52,555 nt of DNA, taken from assembly GCA_036482635.1 (NCBI GenBank), contig JAZFWH010000181.1:1-52555 (forward strand). The letters are read 5' to 3'. The notes beneath the pieces were generated by a model. The model did no database searches. It was not told the DNA's origin and saw only the letters and a program-made list of their open reading frames with translations. The stretch is from Myxococcota bacterium (GTDB lineage Bacteria > Myxococcota_A > UBA9160 > SMWR01). Shown here piece by piece: positions 13,168-22,660 of this stretch (within the stretch, counting starts at the first letter, position 1; each line of letters opens with the position of its first letter). The position numbers and the translations under genes were made by a program.

Positions 13168-16100
13168 TCAGTGCAGCTCGACGGACACGAGCTTGCTCAC
13201 CCCCTTGCGCTCCATGGTCACGCCGTACAGCACGTCGGCCACCTCGATCGTGCGCTTGTTGTGGGTGATGAGGATGAACTGCGAGTCCTGCGCCAGCTCC
13301 CGCACGATCTCGTTGAAGCGCCCCACGTTGGCGTCGTCGAGGGCGGCATCCACCTCGTCGAGCAGGAAGAACGGCGAGGGCCTCACCTGGAAGACCGAGA
13401 CCAGCAGCGCCAGGGCGGTGAGCGTCTTCTCGCCGCCCGACAGCAGGTTCACGTTCTGCAGGCGCTTGCCCGGCGGCATGGCCATGATCTCGATGCCCGC
13501 CTCCAGCACGTCCTCGCTGTCGGTGAGGCCCAGGCTCGCCTTGCCGCCCCGGAACAGGCGCGGGAAGTTCTCGGCGAAGCGCTTGCTGACCGCCTCGAAG
13601 GTCTCGCGGAAGCGCTTGCGGCTGGTGCGATTGATGCGCTGGATCGCGTCGCGCAGTGACCCGAGGGTGTGCTCCAGGTCCGCCTTCTGCTCGCTCAGGA
13701 AGCGGAAGCGCTCACCGAGCTCCTCGTGCTCCTCGATGGCACCCAGGTTCACGTCGCCCAGGCTCACGAGCTTGCGGCGCACCTCCTCCGCGCGCTCGCG
13801 GCGCTGCTCGCGCGGCAGCTGGGCGAGCTGGGCGTTCGCGCGCGCCTCCCGCGCCGCGTCGGGAGCCTCCTCGTCCTCTGCGGCCTCGGACTCCGCCGTC
13901 CCCTCCTCGGCGGCCGCCTCCTCGGGGGCCGCCTCGGCGGCGGCCGGGGACGCGAGCTCCGGCTCCGCTTCGGCTTCGGCCAGCGGCGGGCTCCAGCTGG
14001 CGATCTCCACGTCCCACTTCGCGCGAATCGAATCTTCGAGATGCGCGAGCCGCAGCTCGGCCTCGCGGACGCTCACCTCGGCGCGCCCGACCGCCTCCTG
14101 GCGCGCCCCGATCTCGCGCCGCAGCTCGCGCGCCGCATCCTCGACCTCCCCGACCGACGCGACCACGCGGTCGTAGACCTCCCGCTTCTCTTCGCGGCTC
14201 AGCCGGGCCGTCTCCTCGTCGCGCAGGTGGGTGGCGAGCTTCTGCTCGGTCTCGCGCACGACGACCGCGAGCTCCTCGCGCCGCGCGTCGGCGCTGGCGA
14301 TCTCCTGCTCGCGCCGCGCGATCCACTCCTCCGCTTCGCGCGCGGCCGCCGTCGCGCGGTCGAAGGCCACGCGCAGCCGGTCGCGCTGCCCGGCCCGGCC
14401 CGCGTGCTCGACGCGCCGCTCGGCGGCGACGGTCTCGAGGCGAGTGACCTCGCGCCCCAGCGAGCCCGCGCGCAGGGCCAGCGCGTCCAGCTCGCGCTGG
14501 CGCGAAGTGCGCTCCTGGCGCCCGGTCTCGAGCAGCTGCGCCTGCTGCTCGCGCTCCGCCGCCAGACCCTCGATCTCCGCCAGCAACGCCCCCCGCTCGG
14601 CGGTGCGGCCCTCCTGGGTCTCGCCCAGGGCCTTCACGCGCTCGCGGGTACGCTCGAGGTCCTTCTCGTGATTGGCCACCGCGAGCGCTGCGGTGTGGGG
14701 GCGATTCCGCAGGTTGTCCAGCTCCTCGGAGGCGCGCGTGAGCACCGTCTCGGCGTTCCGGTGGGCGGCCTCGCAGGCCGCCGCCTCCGCCTCGAGGCGC
14801 TCCACGTCGACCTCGAGCTCGGCCACCTCCCGCACCCGGGCCAGGGGCCCGCCCGCCGCGGCCTCGCCCCCGCGCACGATGCCCTCCGGCGTGAGCAGAT
14901 CGCCCTGGGGCGTGACGAAGGTCGCCGGCACGCGCCCGCCGGCGTAGACCTCGAGCGCCTGCGCCAGGCTGTCGACGAGGTTGACGCCGCCGAGCAGCGC
15001 GCGGCCCAGCGCCTCGAAGCCCGGTCGCATGCGGACCCGCTCGAGCAGCGGCTGGCCGAGCGGCGCGAAGCCCAGCGGCTCGGGCTCCGGCGGCGGCGGC
15101 AGCACGAACACCGCGCGGCCCGCCCTGGCGGCGCGCAGCGCCTCCAGGGCCGAGAGCGCGCCCTCGACCCGCTCGACCACGATGGCGTCGGCGCGCTCGG
15201 CCAGGACCGCCTCCAGCGCGCGCTCGGCCTCCGGGTCCACTTCCAGCACGTCGCGCACAAGACCGCGCAGGCCGTAGGCGCGCCGCGCCTCTTCGCCGCG
15301 CTCGAGCAGGTGACGCGCTCCAGCGCCCACGTCCTCGCGACTCGCCAGCAGCTCGCGCAGCGAGGCGAGCCGGACGCGGCACGTCTCGCGCGCCTGGCGC
15401 GCGGCGGCGACGCGCTCCGCCGTCAGGCGGGCCCGCGCCACCGCCTGCTCGTGGGTCTCGAGCGCTTTGCGCAGCAATCCCATCAGGCGGTCGCGCTCGG
15501 CGAGCAGACCGCGCAGCCCCTCCTGGAGCTCGCGCTGCTCGCCGTCCGCCCGGCTCGCCTCGGATTGACCGACCTCGATCACCTCGTCGGCGCTGCGCAT
15601 GCGGGCGTCGATCGCCTGACGGCGGTCGTCGATGGCCGCCATGCGGTCCTCGGCCCGGGCGATCTGCGTCACCACTTCCACCAGGGCCGCGCTGGTCGCC
15701 TCGCGCCCGCGCTCCAGCTCGCGCAGCCCCTCGCGCGCCCGGTCCACCTCGGCCGAGGCGCGCGCCAGCCGCTCCTGGTGGGTCTCGATGGCCTCCTCCA
15801 TGGCGCGCAGCTCCTCGCCGAGTTCGCCGAGCTCGGCCTCGCGGGCAGCGCGCTGTTCGCGCAGTGCTTCGAGCTCGGTGCGGCGCGCCGCCGCCGTCTC
15901 CGCCAGCGACTCCCGCTCGCGGCGCGCGAACTCGATGCGACCCTCGCCGGTCTTGATCTCGGTGCGCAGGGCGAGCAGGCGCTCGTTGCCCTCGCCGAGC
16001 ACGCGCTCGCATTCGGTCAGCTCCAGCCGCTTTTGCTGGATGGCGAGCTCGCGTTCGGCCAGCGACGCCTCGAGCGCCGTGAGCTCCTCGCGCAGCTCCC

Positions 16101-16854
16101 CGAACCGGCCGCGCGCCCGCTCGATCTCCGCGCCGAGCTCCCGCCAGTCGTCGGCGCCCAGGGAGAGTTCCAGCACGCGCAGCGTCTCGCGCAGGCGTTT
16201 GTAACGGGCCGCCCGCTTCGCCTGGCGTTCGATCGAGGAGATCTGCCGGCGGATCTCCCCGATCACGTCCGTCACGCGCAGCAGGTTCTGTTCGGTGGAG
16301 GCGATCTTCGACTCGGCCTCCCGCCGGCGCGCCTTGTACTTGCCGATGCCCGCCGCCTCCTCGATCAGTCCGCGGCGCTCCTCTGGCTTGGCCGAGACGA
16401 TCTCGGCGATCTGGCCCTGCTCGACGATCGTGTAGCCCCGCGTGCCGATGCCGGTGTCCCGGAAGAAGTCCTGCACGTCCCGCAGGCGGCAGGGCGTGCG
16501 GTTGAGCAGGTACTCCGATTCGCCGGTCCGGTACAGGCGCCGCGCGATCTGGATCTCGCTGTACGAGGAGAACGCCGGGGGGCCGGTTCCGTCGCCATTG
16601 TCGAAGGTGATGGTCACCTCGGCCATGCCCACCGGGGCGCGGTCGTCGGAGCCGTTGAAGATCAGGTCCTCCATGCCCTTGCCGCGCAGGCGCCGCGGCG
16701 ACTGCTCGCCCATGGCCCAGCGCATCGCGTCGACGACGTTCGACTTGCCGCAGCCGTTGGGGCCGACCACCGCCGAGATGCCGGGCTGGAGGCTCAGGAC
16801 GGTCTTCTCGACGAAGGACTTAAAGCCGTGGAGTTCCAGGGACTTGATTCGCAC
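13168..16854 (-). CDS. smc: chromosome segregation protein SMC
   Basis: The N-terminus reads VRIKSLELHGFKSFVEKTVLSLQPGISAVVGPNGCGKSN, followed by long coiled coils and a hinge. The C-terminus has the signature LSGGEKTLTALALL and Walker B FFLLDEVDAALD. ORF 13168..18816 is trimmed to the GTG at 16854. Confidence 0.95.
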   Translation of the reverse strand: MRIKSLELHGFKSFVEKTVLSLQPGISAVVGPNGCGKSNVVDAMRWAMGEQSPRRLRGKGMEDLIFNGSDDRAPVGMAEVTITFDNGDGTGPPAFSSYSEIQIARRLYRTGESEYLLNRTPCRLRDVQDFFRDTGIGTRGYTIVEQGQIAEIVSAKPEERRGLIEEAAGIGKYKARRREAESKIASTEQNLLRVTDVIGEIRRQISSIERQAKRAARYKRLRETLRVLELSLGADDWRELGAEIERARGRFGELREELTALEASLAERELAIQQKRLELTECERVLGEGNERLLALRTEIKTGEGRIEFARRERESLAETAAARRTELEALREQRAAREAELGELGEELRAMEEAIETHQERLARASAEVDRAREGLRELERGREATSAALVEVVTQIARAEDRMAAIDDRRQAIDARMRSADEVIEVGQSEASRADGEQRELQEGLRGLLAERDRLMGLLRKALETHEQAVARARLTAERVAAARQARETCRVRLASLRELLASREDVGAGARHLLERGEEARRAYGLRGLVRDVLEVDPEAERALEAVLAERADAIVVERVEGALSALEALRAARAGRAVFVLPPPPEPEPLGFAPLGQPLLERVRMRPGFEALGRALLGGVNLVDSLAQALEVYAGGRVPATFVTPQGDLLTPEGIVRGGEAAAGGPLARVREVAELEVDVERLEAEAAACEAAHRNAETVLTRASEELDNLRNRPHTAALAVANHEKDLERTRERVKALGETQEGRTAERGALLAEIEGLAAEREQQAQLLETGRQERTSRQRELDALALRAGSLGREVTRLETVAAERRVEHAGRAGQRDRLRVAFDRATAAAREAEEWIARREQEIASADARREELAVVVRETEQKLATHLRDEETARLSREEKREVYDRVVASVGEVEDAARELRREIGARQEAVGRAEVSVREAELRLAHLEDSIRAKWDVEIASWSPPLAEAEAEPELASPAAAEAAPEEAAAEEGTAESEAAEDEEAPDAAREARANAQLAQLPREQRRERAEEVRRKLVSLGDVNLGAIEEHEELGERFRFLSEQKADLEHTLGSLRDAIQRINRTSRKRFRETFEAVSKRFAENFPRLFRGGKASLGLTDSEDVLEAGIEIMAMPPGKRLQNVNLLSGGEKTLTALALLVSVFQVRPSPFFLLDEVDAALDDANVGRFNEIVRELAQDSQFILITHNKRTIEVADVLYGVTMERKGVSKLVSVELH

Positions 16855-17015
16855 CCGACCCTCGGGCACCGGCCGCGGCCCGGCGCGGAGGAGCGCCTCG
16901 GGGCAGCCGGCGCGTGGGCGTCCAGCCACAGGGGGGATGCAGAGTTGGTACCACCCCGGAGGGGTCGCCCGCAAGCGCCCGTCCCCGGCGCGCTCCCGCG
17001 GCCTGGGCCCAGCGG

Positions 17016-18872
17016 CTAGCCGGCGACGGCCTTCGGCTCTTCGCTCGCGAACTGGAGCCGGTAGAGGCGCTGGTAGATACCCTCCAGGGACAGCAGCTCC
17101 TCGTGGGTCCCGGCCTCGACCAGCCGACCGCGATGCAATACCAGGATGCGGTCGACGTCCTGGATGGTGGAGAGGCGGTGCGCGATGACGATCGACGTCT
17201 TCCCCTCCATGAGCACGTGGATCCCGCGTTGGACCAGTGCCTCGGTCTCGCGGTCGATGGCGCTGGTGGCCTCGTCGAGCACCAGGATGTCGGCCCCGTG
17301 GGCCAGGGCGCGGGCGAAGGAGAGCAGCTGGCGCTGTCCGGCCGAGAAATTCGTCCCGCGCTCCCGCACCAGCGTGCCGTAACCAGCGGGCAGTTTGTCG
17401 ACGAAGCGATGGGCCTGGACGGCTCGCGCGACGCGCTCGACGCTGGCTGCGTCCACGTCGGTGCGACCCAGCGCCAGGTTCTCGGCGATGCTGCCGCTGA
17501 ACAGGAAGACGTCCTGGAGCACCATCGCGACCCGGCGCCGCAGCTCGCCCTGGGTCATGTCGCGCACGTCGAGGCCATCGATCAGGACCCGGCCGCCCGT
17601 CACGTCGTACAAACGCGTCAGCAGCTTGATGATCGTGGTCTTGCCCGCTCCGCTCGCGCCCACGATCCCCACCTTCTCGCCGGGGTCGACGCGGAACGAC
17701 ACGTCGCGCAGCACCCAGTCGTCGCCCTGGTAAGCGAAGGAAACGTCCTGGAATTCGACGGTGCCGCGGCCGGGTACGGCGCTGCGCAGCGGGACCGGCC
17801 GGGGCGCCGGCGGATCGGCGATGGCCGGCTCGGTGTCCAGCAGCTGGAAGATCCGCTCGCTGCTGGCCATCGAGGACTGCATGATCGAGTACTTCGCCGA
17901 GAGGTCGCGAAGCGGCACGAAGAAACGGCGCAACAGGTCGATGAACAGGTAGATCGTGCCCGCGCTCGCGATCTCCGTGGCCCGCCAGAGGATGATCGCC
18001 ACCGTCAGGTTCTGGGCGAACTCGACCACCGCGAACAGCGCCGAGTCGTAGCGGACCGACCGGTACCAGGCGTCGCGGTGGTCCGCGTTCATCTCGTCGA
18101 ACTCGCGGAAGTTGCGCGCCTCCCGGGTGAAGAGCTGCACCTCCTTCATCCCGGTCACGTTCTCCTGGAGGTAGGCGTTGATCCGCGCGATGCGCACGCG
18201 CACCAGACGGTAGGCCTGGCGCACCTTGAAGCGGAAGACGACCGCGCACAGCGCCAACGGCGGGACCACCAGGAACGTCAGCAGCGCGAGGCTCGGGTCC
18301 ACCAGGAAGAGCACGGTCGCGAAGCCCAGCATCTTGAACGTGTCGGTAACCAGGGCCACGATGCCCGCCGAGAACATCTCCGCCACGTTCTCGATGTCGT
18401 TGGTGGCGCGGGTCACCAGACGGCCCACGGGGTAGCGGTCGAAGAAGCCCAGATGCAGCTGCTGGATGTGGTCGAAGACGTCTCGCCGCAGGTCCTTCAT
18501 GGCGGCCTGGCCGGTCTTGGACATCACGTACATGTTCAGGAACTGCATGGCCAACCCGACCAGCATGACCACGGCGAGGAGTCCCGCCAGCCACCACAGC
18601 GACTGCGCCCACTCCGGTGCATCGAGCACAGCCGCGAGCGGTTCCAGCGCGCGGTCCAGCGCTCCCGGGGTCGCCTCCCCCAGCGCACCGGGCAGGATCA
18701 CGCGGTCGAGTGCGGACTTGATGATCCAGGCCGGCGCGACCTCCGTCACGAAGAGCGGGAAGACGAGCGCGAGCGTGAGTGCCACCTGCCAGCCGTAGGG
18801 CCGCACGTAGTGCCACAAGCGCACCATCAGCCGCGCGTCGTAGGCCTTGCCGAGCGCCTCCTCCTCGTGCAT
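17016..18872 (-). CDS. ABC exporter half-transporter (TMD-NBD), canonical NBD with degenerate signature
   Basis: Motifs are Walker A GASGAGKTT, Walker B ILVLDEATSAID and H-loop IAHRLST, but the signature is FSAGQRQ. ORF 17016..20336 is trimmed to the ATG at 18872 (MHEEEALGKAYDARL). Confidence 0.9.
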   Translation of the reverse strand: MHEEEALGKAYDARLMVRLWHYVRPYGWQVALTLALVFPLFVTEVAPAWIIKSALDRVILPGALGEATPGALDRALEPLAAVLDAPEWAQSLWWLAGLLAVVMLVGLAMQFLNMYVMSKTGQAAMKDLRRDVFDHIQQLHLGFFDRYPVGRLVTRATNDIENVAEMFSAGIVALVTDTFKMLGFATVLFLVDPSLALLTFLVVPPLALCAVVFRFKVRQAYRLVRVRIARINAYLQENVTGMKEVQLFTREARNFREFDEMNADHRDAWYRSVRYDSALFAVVEFAQNLTVAIILWRATEIASAGTIYLFIDLLRRFFVPLRDLSAKYSIMQSSMASSERIFQLLDTEPAIADPPAPRPVPLRSAVPGRGTVEFQDVSFAYQGDDWVLRDVSFRVDPGEKVGIVGASGAGKTTIIKLLTRLYDVTGGRVLIDGLDVRDMTQGELRRRVAMVLQDVFLFSGSIAENLALGRTDVDAASVERVARAVQAHRFVDKLPAGYGTLVRERGTNFSAGQRQLLSFARALAHGADILVLDEATSAIDRETEALVQRGIHVLMEGKTSIVIAHRLSTIQDVDRILVLHRGRLVEAGTHEELLSLEGIYQRLYRLQFASEEPKAVAG

Positions 18873-18913
18873 GGCCTCGAGAGCGCTGCTGCGCGCCGCT
18901 CGATCGCCCTGGC

Positions 18914-20698
18914 TCACGCCACCCCCTCGAACTCTTCGCGCTCGGCCTGCTCGCGGGCCAGGCGCGCGTAGAGGCCGCCCGCGGCCAGCAGCTCCGCGTG
19001 CGAGCCGGACTCGGCGATGCGCCCCTCGTCGAGCACGACGATGCGATCCGCCGAGCGCACGGCGCTCACCCGCGACGAGACGATCACCACCGTGCGGCCG
19101 GCGAAGACCGTGTCGAGCTCGCTCTGGATCGCCGCCTCGGTCTCCGCGTCGACGCTGGAGAGCGTGTCGTCCAGGATCAGGATCTTCGGGTCGAGGGCCA
19201 GCGCCCGCGCCAGCGCCGCCCGCTGGCGCTGTCCGCCCGAGAGCATGACGCCGCGCTCCCCCACCACGGTCGCGTAGCCATCCGGCAGTTCGACCACGTC
19301 CTTCGCGAGCTGGGCGCGCCCAGCGGCCCGTCTGACCGCCGCCGCGTCGGTGCGCTCCAGCCCGAAGGCGATGTTGTCGGCCAGGCGCATCGAGAAGAGA
19401 AACGATTCCTGGGGAACCATCGCGATGTGGGAGCGCAGCGTGGCGAGTGGGATGCGGTTGATGTCGATGCCGTCGATGAAGACCCGACCGTCCTCCACCT
19501 CGTAGAGCCGCGGGATGATCGACGCCAGCGTGCTCTTGCCCGAGCCCACCGGCCCCACCACGCCCAGCGTCGTGCCGGCGGGCACGCGGAGATTCAGGTC
19601 CCGCAGGGCCGGCTCGCGCTCGGCGTCGGGATAGCGGAACGTCAACCCACGGAATTCGAGTTCGCCGCGAAGTTCCGCCACCTCGACCACGTCGGCGCGG
19701 TCGGCGATGGCCGGCTCGACCGAGAGCAGCTCGTCGATGCGCTGCATCGAAGCCGCCCCCCGCTGCACCAGCGCCACCACCCAGCCCATGATCACCGTGG
19801 GGAAGGTGAGGCCGTACACGTACATGGCGAAGATGAAGAAGTCCGAGGCGAGCATCCGGCCGTCCAGGATCGCCTGGCCACCGACGAGCAGGATGATCCA
19901 CATGGCCGTGGCCGGGAGCAGCGCCACGATCGAAGGCATCGCGGCGTTCGCGCGCGCGAGGCGCAGCTGCCGGCCGTAGAGCTCGCGGTTGATCTCGTCG
20001 AAGCGAGCGGCCATGGTGCGCTCCATGGCGTAGGCCTTCACCACGGCGATGCCGGAGATCGACTCTTGAACGCGGTTCGAGAGGTCCGCCAGCCCCTCCT
20101 GGACCCGCAGGCTCCAGTGGTGGATGGCGCGACCCAGCGTGCGCGCGATCAGGATGAACACCGGGTAGGGCAGGATCACCAGCAGCGCCAGCTGCGCGTT
20201 GATCGTGAACATCGCCCCCACGGTCGCGACGTACAGCACCGGGGTCTGCACCACGTTCAACACGCCCACCCCCAGCAGCAGGCGGATGGCGTTCACGTCG
20301 TTGACACAGCGACTCATGATGTCGCCGGTCCGCCACTTGAAGTAGAAGGACTGGGGCAGCCTCTCCAGGTGGGCAAAGATGTCGTTGCGGATCTCGTACT
20401 CGATCTCGCGAGCGGCGTTGAAGACCAGGGTGCGCGAGAAGAAGCGCACGCAGGCGGCCCCGACTGCCACCAGCGCGATCAGCTCGGCCCTCCTCAAGAT
20501 CTCGGCAGCGCCGAGTCCCTGCTCGTAGGCCTTGAGAGACCAGCCGACCAGCATCGGTATCGCCACGAAGCCGGCCACGTAGAGGAGCGTGGTCGCCAAC
20601 CAGAAGGCGTAATAGCCGCGGTGGCGCCCGACGTATCCGACCAGCCGCCGCACCACGGCGCGACGGCCCGAGGCGGCCGAGGGCGGAGGGCCGCTCAT
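18914..20698 (-). CDS. ABC exporter half-transporter (TMD-NBD), degenerate catalytic site
   Basis: Walker A is GPVGSGKST and the signature is LSGGQRQ. Walker B is ILILDDTLSSVD (Asp replaces the catalytic Glu), and the H-loop His is replaced (VIVSSRVS). The ATG at 20698 overlaps the GT2 stop (ATGA). Confidence 0.9.
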   Translation of the reverse strand: MSGPPPSAASGRRAVVRRLVGYVGRHRGYYAFWLATTLLYVAGFVAIPMLVGWSLKAYEQGLGAAEILRRAELIALVAVGAACVRFFSRTLVFNAAREIEYEIRNDIFAHLERLPQSFYFKWRTGDIMSRCVNDVNAIRLLLGVGVLNVVQTPVLYVATVGAMFTINAQLALLVILPYPVFILIARTLGRAIHHWSLRVQEGLADLSNRVQESISGIAVVKAYAMERTMAARFDEINRELYGRQLRLARANAAMPSIVALLPATAMWIILLVGGQAILDGRMLASDFFIFAMYVYGLTFPTVIMGWVVALVQRGAASMQRIDELLSVEPAIADRADVVEVAELRGELEFRGLTFRYPDAEREPALRDLNLRVPAGTTLGVVGPVGSGKSTLASIIPRLYEVEDGRVFIDGIDINRIPLATLRSHIAMVPQESFLFSMRLADNIAFGLERTDAAAVRRAAGRAQLAKDVVELPDGYATVVGERGVMLSGGQRQRAALARALALDPKILILDDTLSSVDAETEAAIQSELDTVFAGRTVVIVSSRVSAVRSADRIVVLDEGRIAESGSHAELLAAGGLYARLAREQAEREEFEGVA

Positions 20699-21363
20699 CG
20701 TCCGTACCAGGCGGCGATGCGCTCGCGGTCCAGCCCCAAGAGCCACGCGCTGGCGACCAGCCAGTGGCGGAACATGGTGCGGAACACCCCTCCTGCCCGA
20801 TAGCGCCGCGCCGAGGTGGTGGCGGGCAGGCGCAGCCGGGTGAGCCGACCGTGCCGCCGCATCGCCTTCACCAGATCGAGGTCCTCCAGGATGGGCGCCT
20901 GGGGCACCCCGCCGATCCGCTCGAGCACTTCGCGTCGCACGAACAGCGCCTGGTCGCCGTAGGGCAGATCGAACAAGGCGCAGCGCAACCGCGCGCCCCA
21001 CTCGACCACGCGCAGCGAAAGCGAGGGCTGGTCGAAGCGGAAGCGAAAGGCGCCACCGACCACGGCGGGATCCCGCAACGCCGCGCGCACCGCTGTGTCG
21101 AAGCCCGGCGGCAGGCGGGTGTCGGCGTGCAGGAAGACGATCGCGTCGGCCCCGGTCCGATCGGCGCCGGCGCCGAGCTGACGGGCGCGCGGCGGCGCGG
21201 AGCGGATCACCCGCGCACCGGCGGCGGCGGCGCGCTCGGGCGTACCGTCGGAGCTGCCCCCATCCACCGCGATGAGCTCGACGCCCTCGGCGCGCGCGCT
21301 CGCCAGCGCCGCGCCGATCTGCTCCGCCTCGTTGAGCATGGGAACGATCACGGCGAGCTTCAC
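20695..21363 (-). CDS. family 2 glycosyltransferase (resembles the small TIGR04283-type GT2)
   Basis: Recognisable segments are VKLAVIVPMLNEAEQI, AVDGGSSDGT, FLHADTRLP and YGDQALFVRR. ORF 20695..21423 is trimmed to the GTG at 21363. Subfamily assignment is from memory only. Confidence 0.78.
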   Translation of the reverse strand: MKLAVIVPMLNEAEQIGAALASARAEGVELIAVDGGSSDGTPERAAAAGARVIRSAPPRARQLGAGADRTGADAIVFLHADTRLPPGFDTAVRAALRDPAVVGGAFRFRFDQPSLSLRVVEWGARLRCALFDLPYGDQALFVRREVLERIGGVPQAPILEDLDLVKAMRRHGRLTRLRLPATTSARRYRAGGVFRTMFRHWLVASAWLLGLDRERIAAWYGR

Positions 21364-21485
21364 TCGCGGACGATAGCACGCACCCCGAACCGCCTTGCGC
21401 GCGGTTCCCGACAGCGGTTTCACGCGGTGGCGACGGGTCGCGGCCGCGTGGGACGACGGGCGCAGGCGGCAGCCTCGCCTCCGCG

Positions 21486-21502
21486 AAGAAACCGCGTTTC
21501 TT
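21486..21502 (+). promoter_or_regulatory. inverted repeat AAGAAAC-CGC-GTTTCTT upstream of purM (candidate operator)
   Basis: The repeat has 7-bp perfect arms and a 3-nt spacer. It forms an AT-rich island in the divergent GT2/purM intergenic region, 34 nt upstream of the proposed purM GTG. Confidence 0.3.
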
Positions 21503-21535
21503 GCTCCGTCGGGCGCTCTCGCCTATTCATCGGGC

Positions 21536-22660
21536 GTGTGTGCGGCCGACTCCCGCCAGCCACCCGACGCGTCGGGAGCGCGAACGACCCCCGCCAGCGC
21601 GCCGGCCTACGCCCGCGCGGGCGTCGACCTCGATCGCGACGAGGGCTTCGTCGGCGAGATTCGTGAGATCGCGCGGGCGACGCTGCGGCCCGAGGTGCTC
21701 TCCTCGATCGGCGGCTTCGCGGGCCTGTTCAAGGCGCCCGACCGCTACCGGGACCCGGTCTTCGTCGCCAGCGGCGACGGGGTGGGGACCAAGCTCAAGC
21801 TCGCGGCGCAGCTCGGGCGCTTCGACACGGTCGGGATCGACTGCGTTGCCATGGTGGTGAACGACCTGGTCGTGCAGGGTGCCGAGCCCCTCGTCTTCCT
21901 CGACTACCTGGCGATGGGGAGCCTCGATCCCGCGGTCGCGAAGCAGGCACTGCGCGGCATCGCCGAGGGCTGCCGCCAGGCCGGCTGCGCACTGCTCGGC
22001 GGCGAGACGGCGAGCATGCCCGGCGTGTACGGCGACGGCGAGATCGAGCTGGTGGGCTTCGGGGTTGGCGTGGTCGAGGCCGGGCGCGTGATCGACGGGT
22101 CGACCATCCGGGAGGGCGACGCCCTGGTCGGCCTCGCCTCGAACGGTTGCCACAGCAACGGCTACTCGCTGGTGCGAACCATCGTCGACGACGCGGTCCG
22201 GGCGGGTCGCGTGGACTTGCGGGCACACGACGAACACCTCGGTGCGTCGCTGGCGGAAGCGCTCCTCGCTCCGACGCGGATCTACGTGCGGCCCGTGCTG
22301 GAGCTGATGCGCAACTTCGAGCTCAAGGGCGTGGTCCACGTGAGCGGCGGGGGATTCGAGGGCAACGTACCGCGCGTGCTGCCCGACGGATTGTGCGCTC
22401 GCATCGATCCGGACTCCTGGCAGCGACCGCCGATCTTCGCCCTGCTCCAGCGCGAGGGCGGGCTGGCGGAAGCGGAGATGCGGCGCGTCTTCAACTGCGG
22501 CATCGGCATGGTGCTCGCGGTGCCCGACGACGAGGCGGAAGAAGTTCTCGCGCGGCTCCCGGGGCTCGGCGAGCGGGGCTACCGGATCGGCCAGGTGGAG
22601 CTGAAGGCACCGGACGATCCCCCGCTGCGCTTCGGGCCGATCTCGCCGCGGTCCAGCTGA
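21536..22660 (+). CDS. purM: phosphoribosylformylglycinamidine cyclo-ligase (AIR synthetase)
   Basis: YARAGVDLDRDEGFV, IGGFAGLF and DGVGTKLKLA identify the AIRS and AIRS_C domains. The start is uncertain. The GTG at 21536 is chosen because ORF 21395 (TTG) would add a non-conserved leader. Confidence 0.9.
   Translation: MCAADSRQPPDASGARTTPASAPAYARAGVDLDRDEGFVGEIREIARATLRPEVLSSIGGFAGLFKAPDRYRDPVFVASGDGVGTKLKLAAQLGRFDTVGIDCVAMVVNDLVVQGAEPLVFLDYLAMGSLDPAVAKQALRGIAEGCRQAGCALLGGETASMPGVYGDGEIELVGFGVGVVEAGRVIDGSTIREGDALVGLASNGCHSNGYSLVRTIVDDAVRAGRVDLRAHDEHLGASLAEALLAPTRIYVRPVLELMRNFELKGVVHVSGGGFEGNVPRVLPDGLCARIDPDSWQRPPIFALLQREGGLAEAEMRRVFNCGIGMVLAVPDDEAEEVLARLPGLGERGYRIGQVELKAPDDPPLRFGPISPRSS

Noticed and set aside
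16855-17015. A possible sRNA or promoter in the 161-nt spacer between the ABC exporter and smc (TTGCGG-18-TACCAA, small ACCCC-TCC-GGGGT hairpin).
   Set aside because: The hexamers are weak, the hairpin is short and there is no U-tract. Nothing distinguishes it from ordinary GC-rich spacer DNA without expression data.
13168-18816. Very long same-strand ORFs appear to fuse neighbouring genes. Examples are 1882 aa (smc plus ABC), 17016..20336, 18914..21379, 9806..12076, 10546..13131, 31021..32703, 32007..34043, 35192..37201 and 38662..40395.
   Set aside because: The N-terminal parts are out-of-frame read-throughs of the upstream gene, in another frame and Arg/Pro-rich. Recognisable protein N-termini begin at internal ATG/GTG/TTG codons that overlap the upstream stop. 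I trimmed them rather than calling fusions.
21364-21535. A ZTP (pfl) or purine riboswitch upstream of purM.
   Set aside because: I could not find the conserved ZTP cores (GGGUCGUGACUGGCG and CCGCCUGGGC) or the purine-riboswitch junction nucleotides. Only the short inverted repeat reported separately is present.
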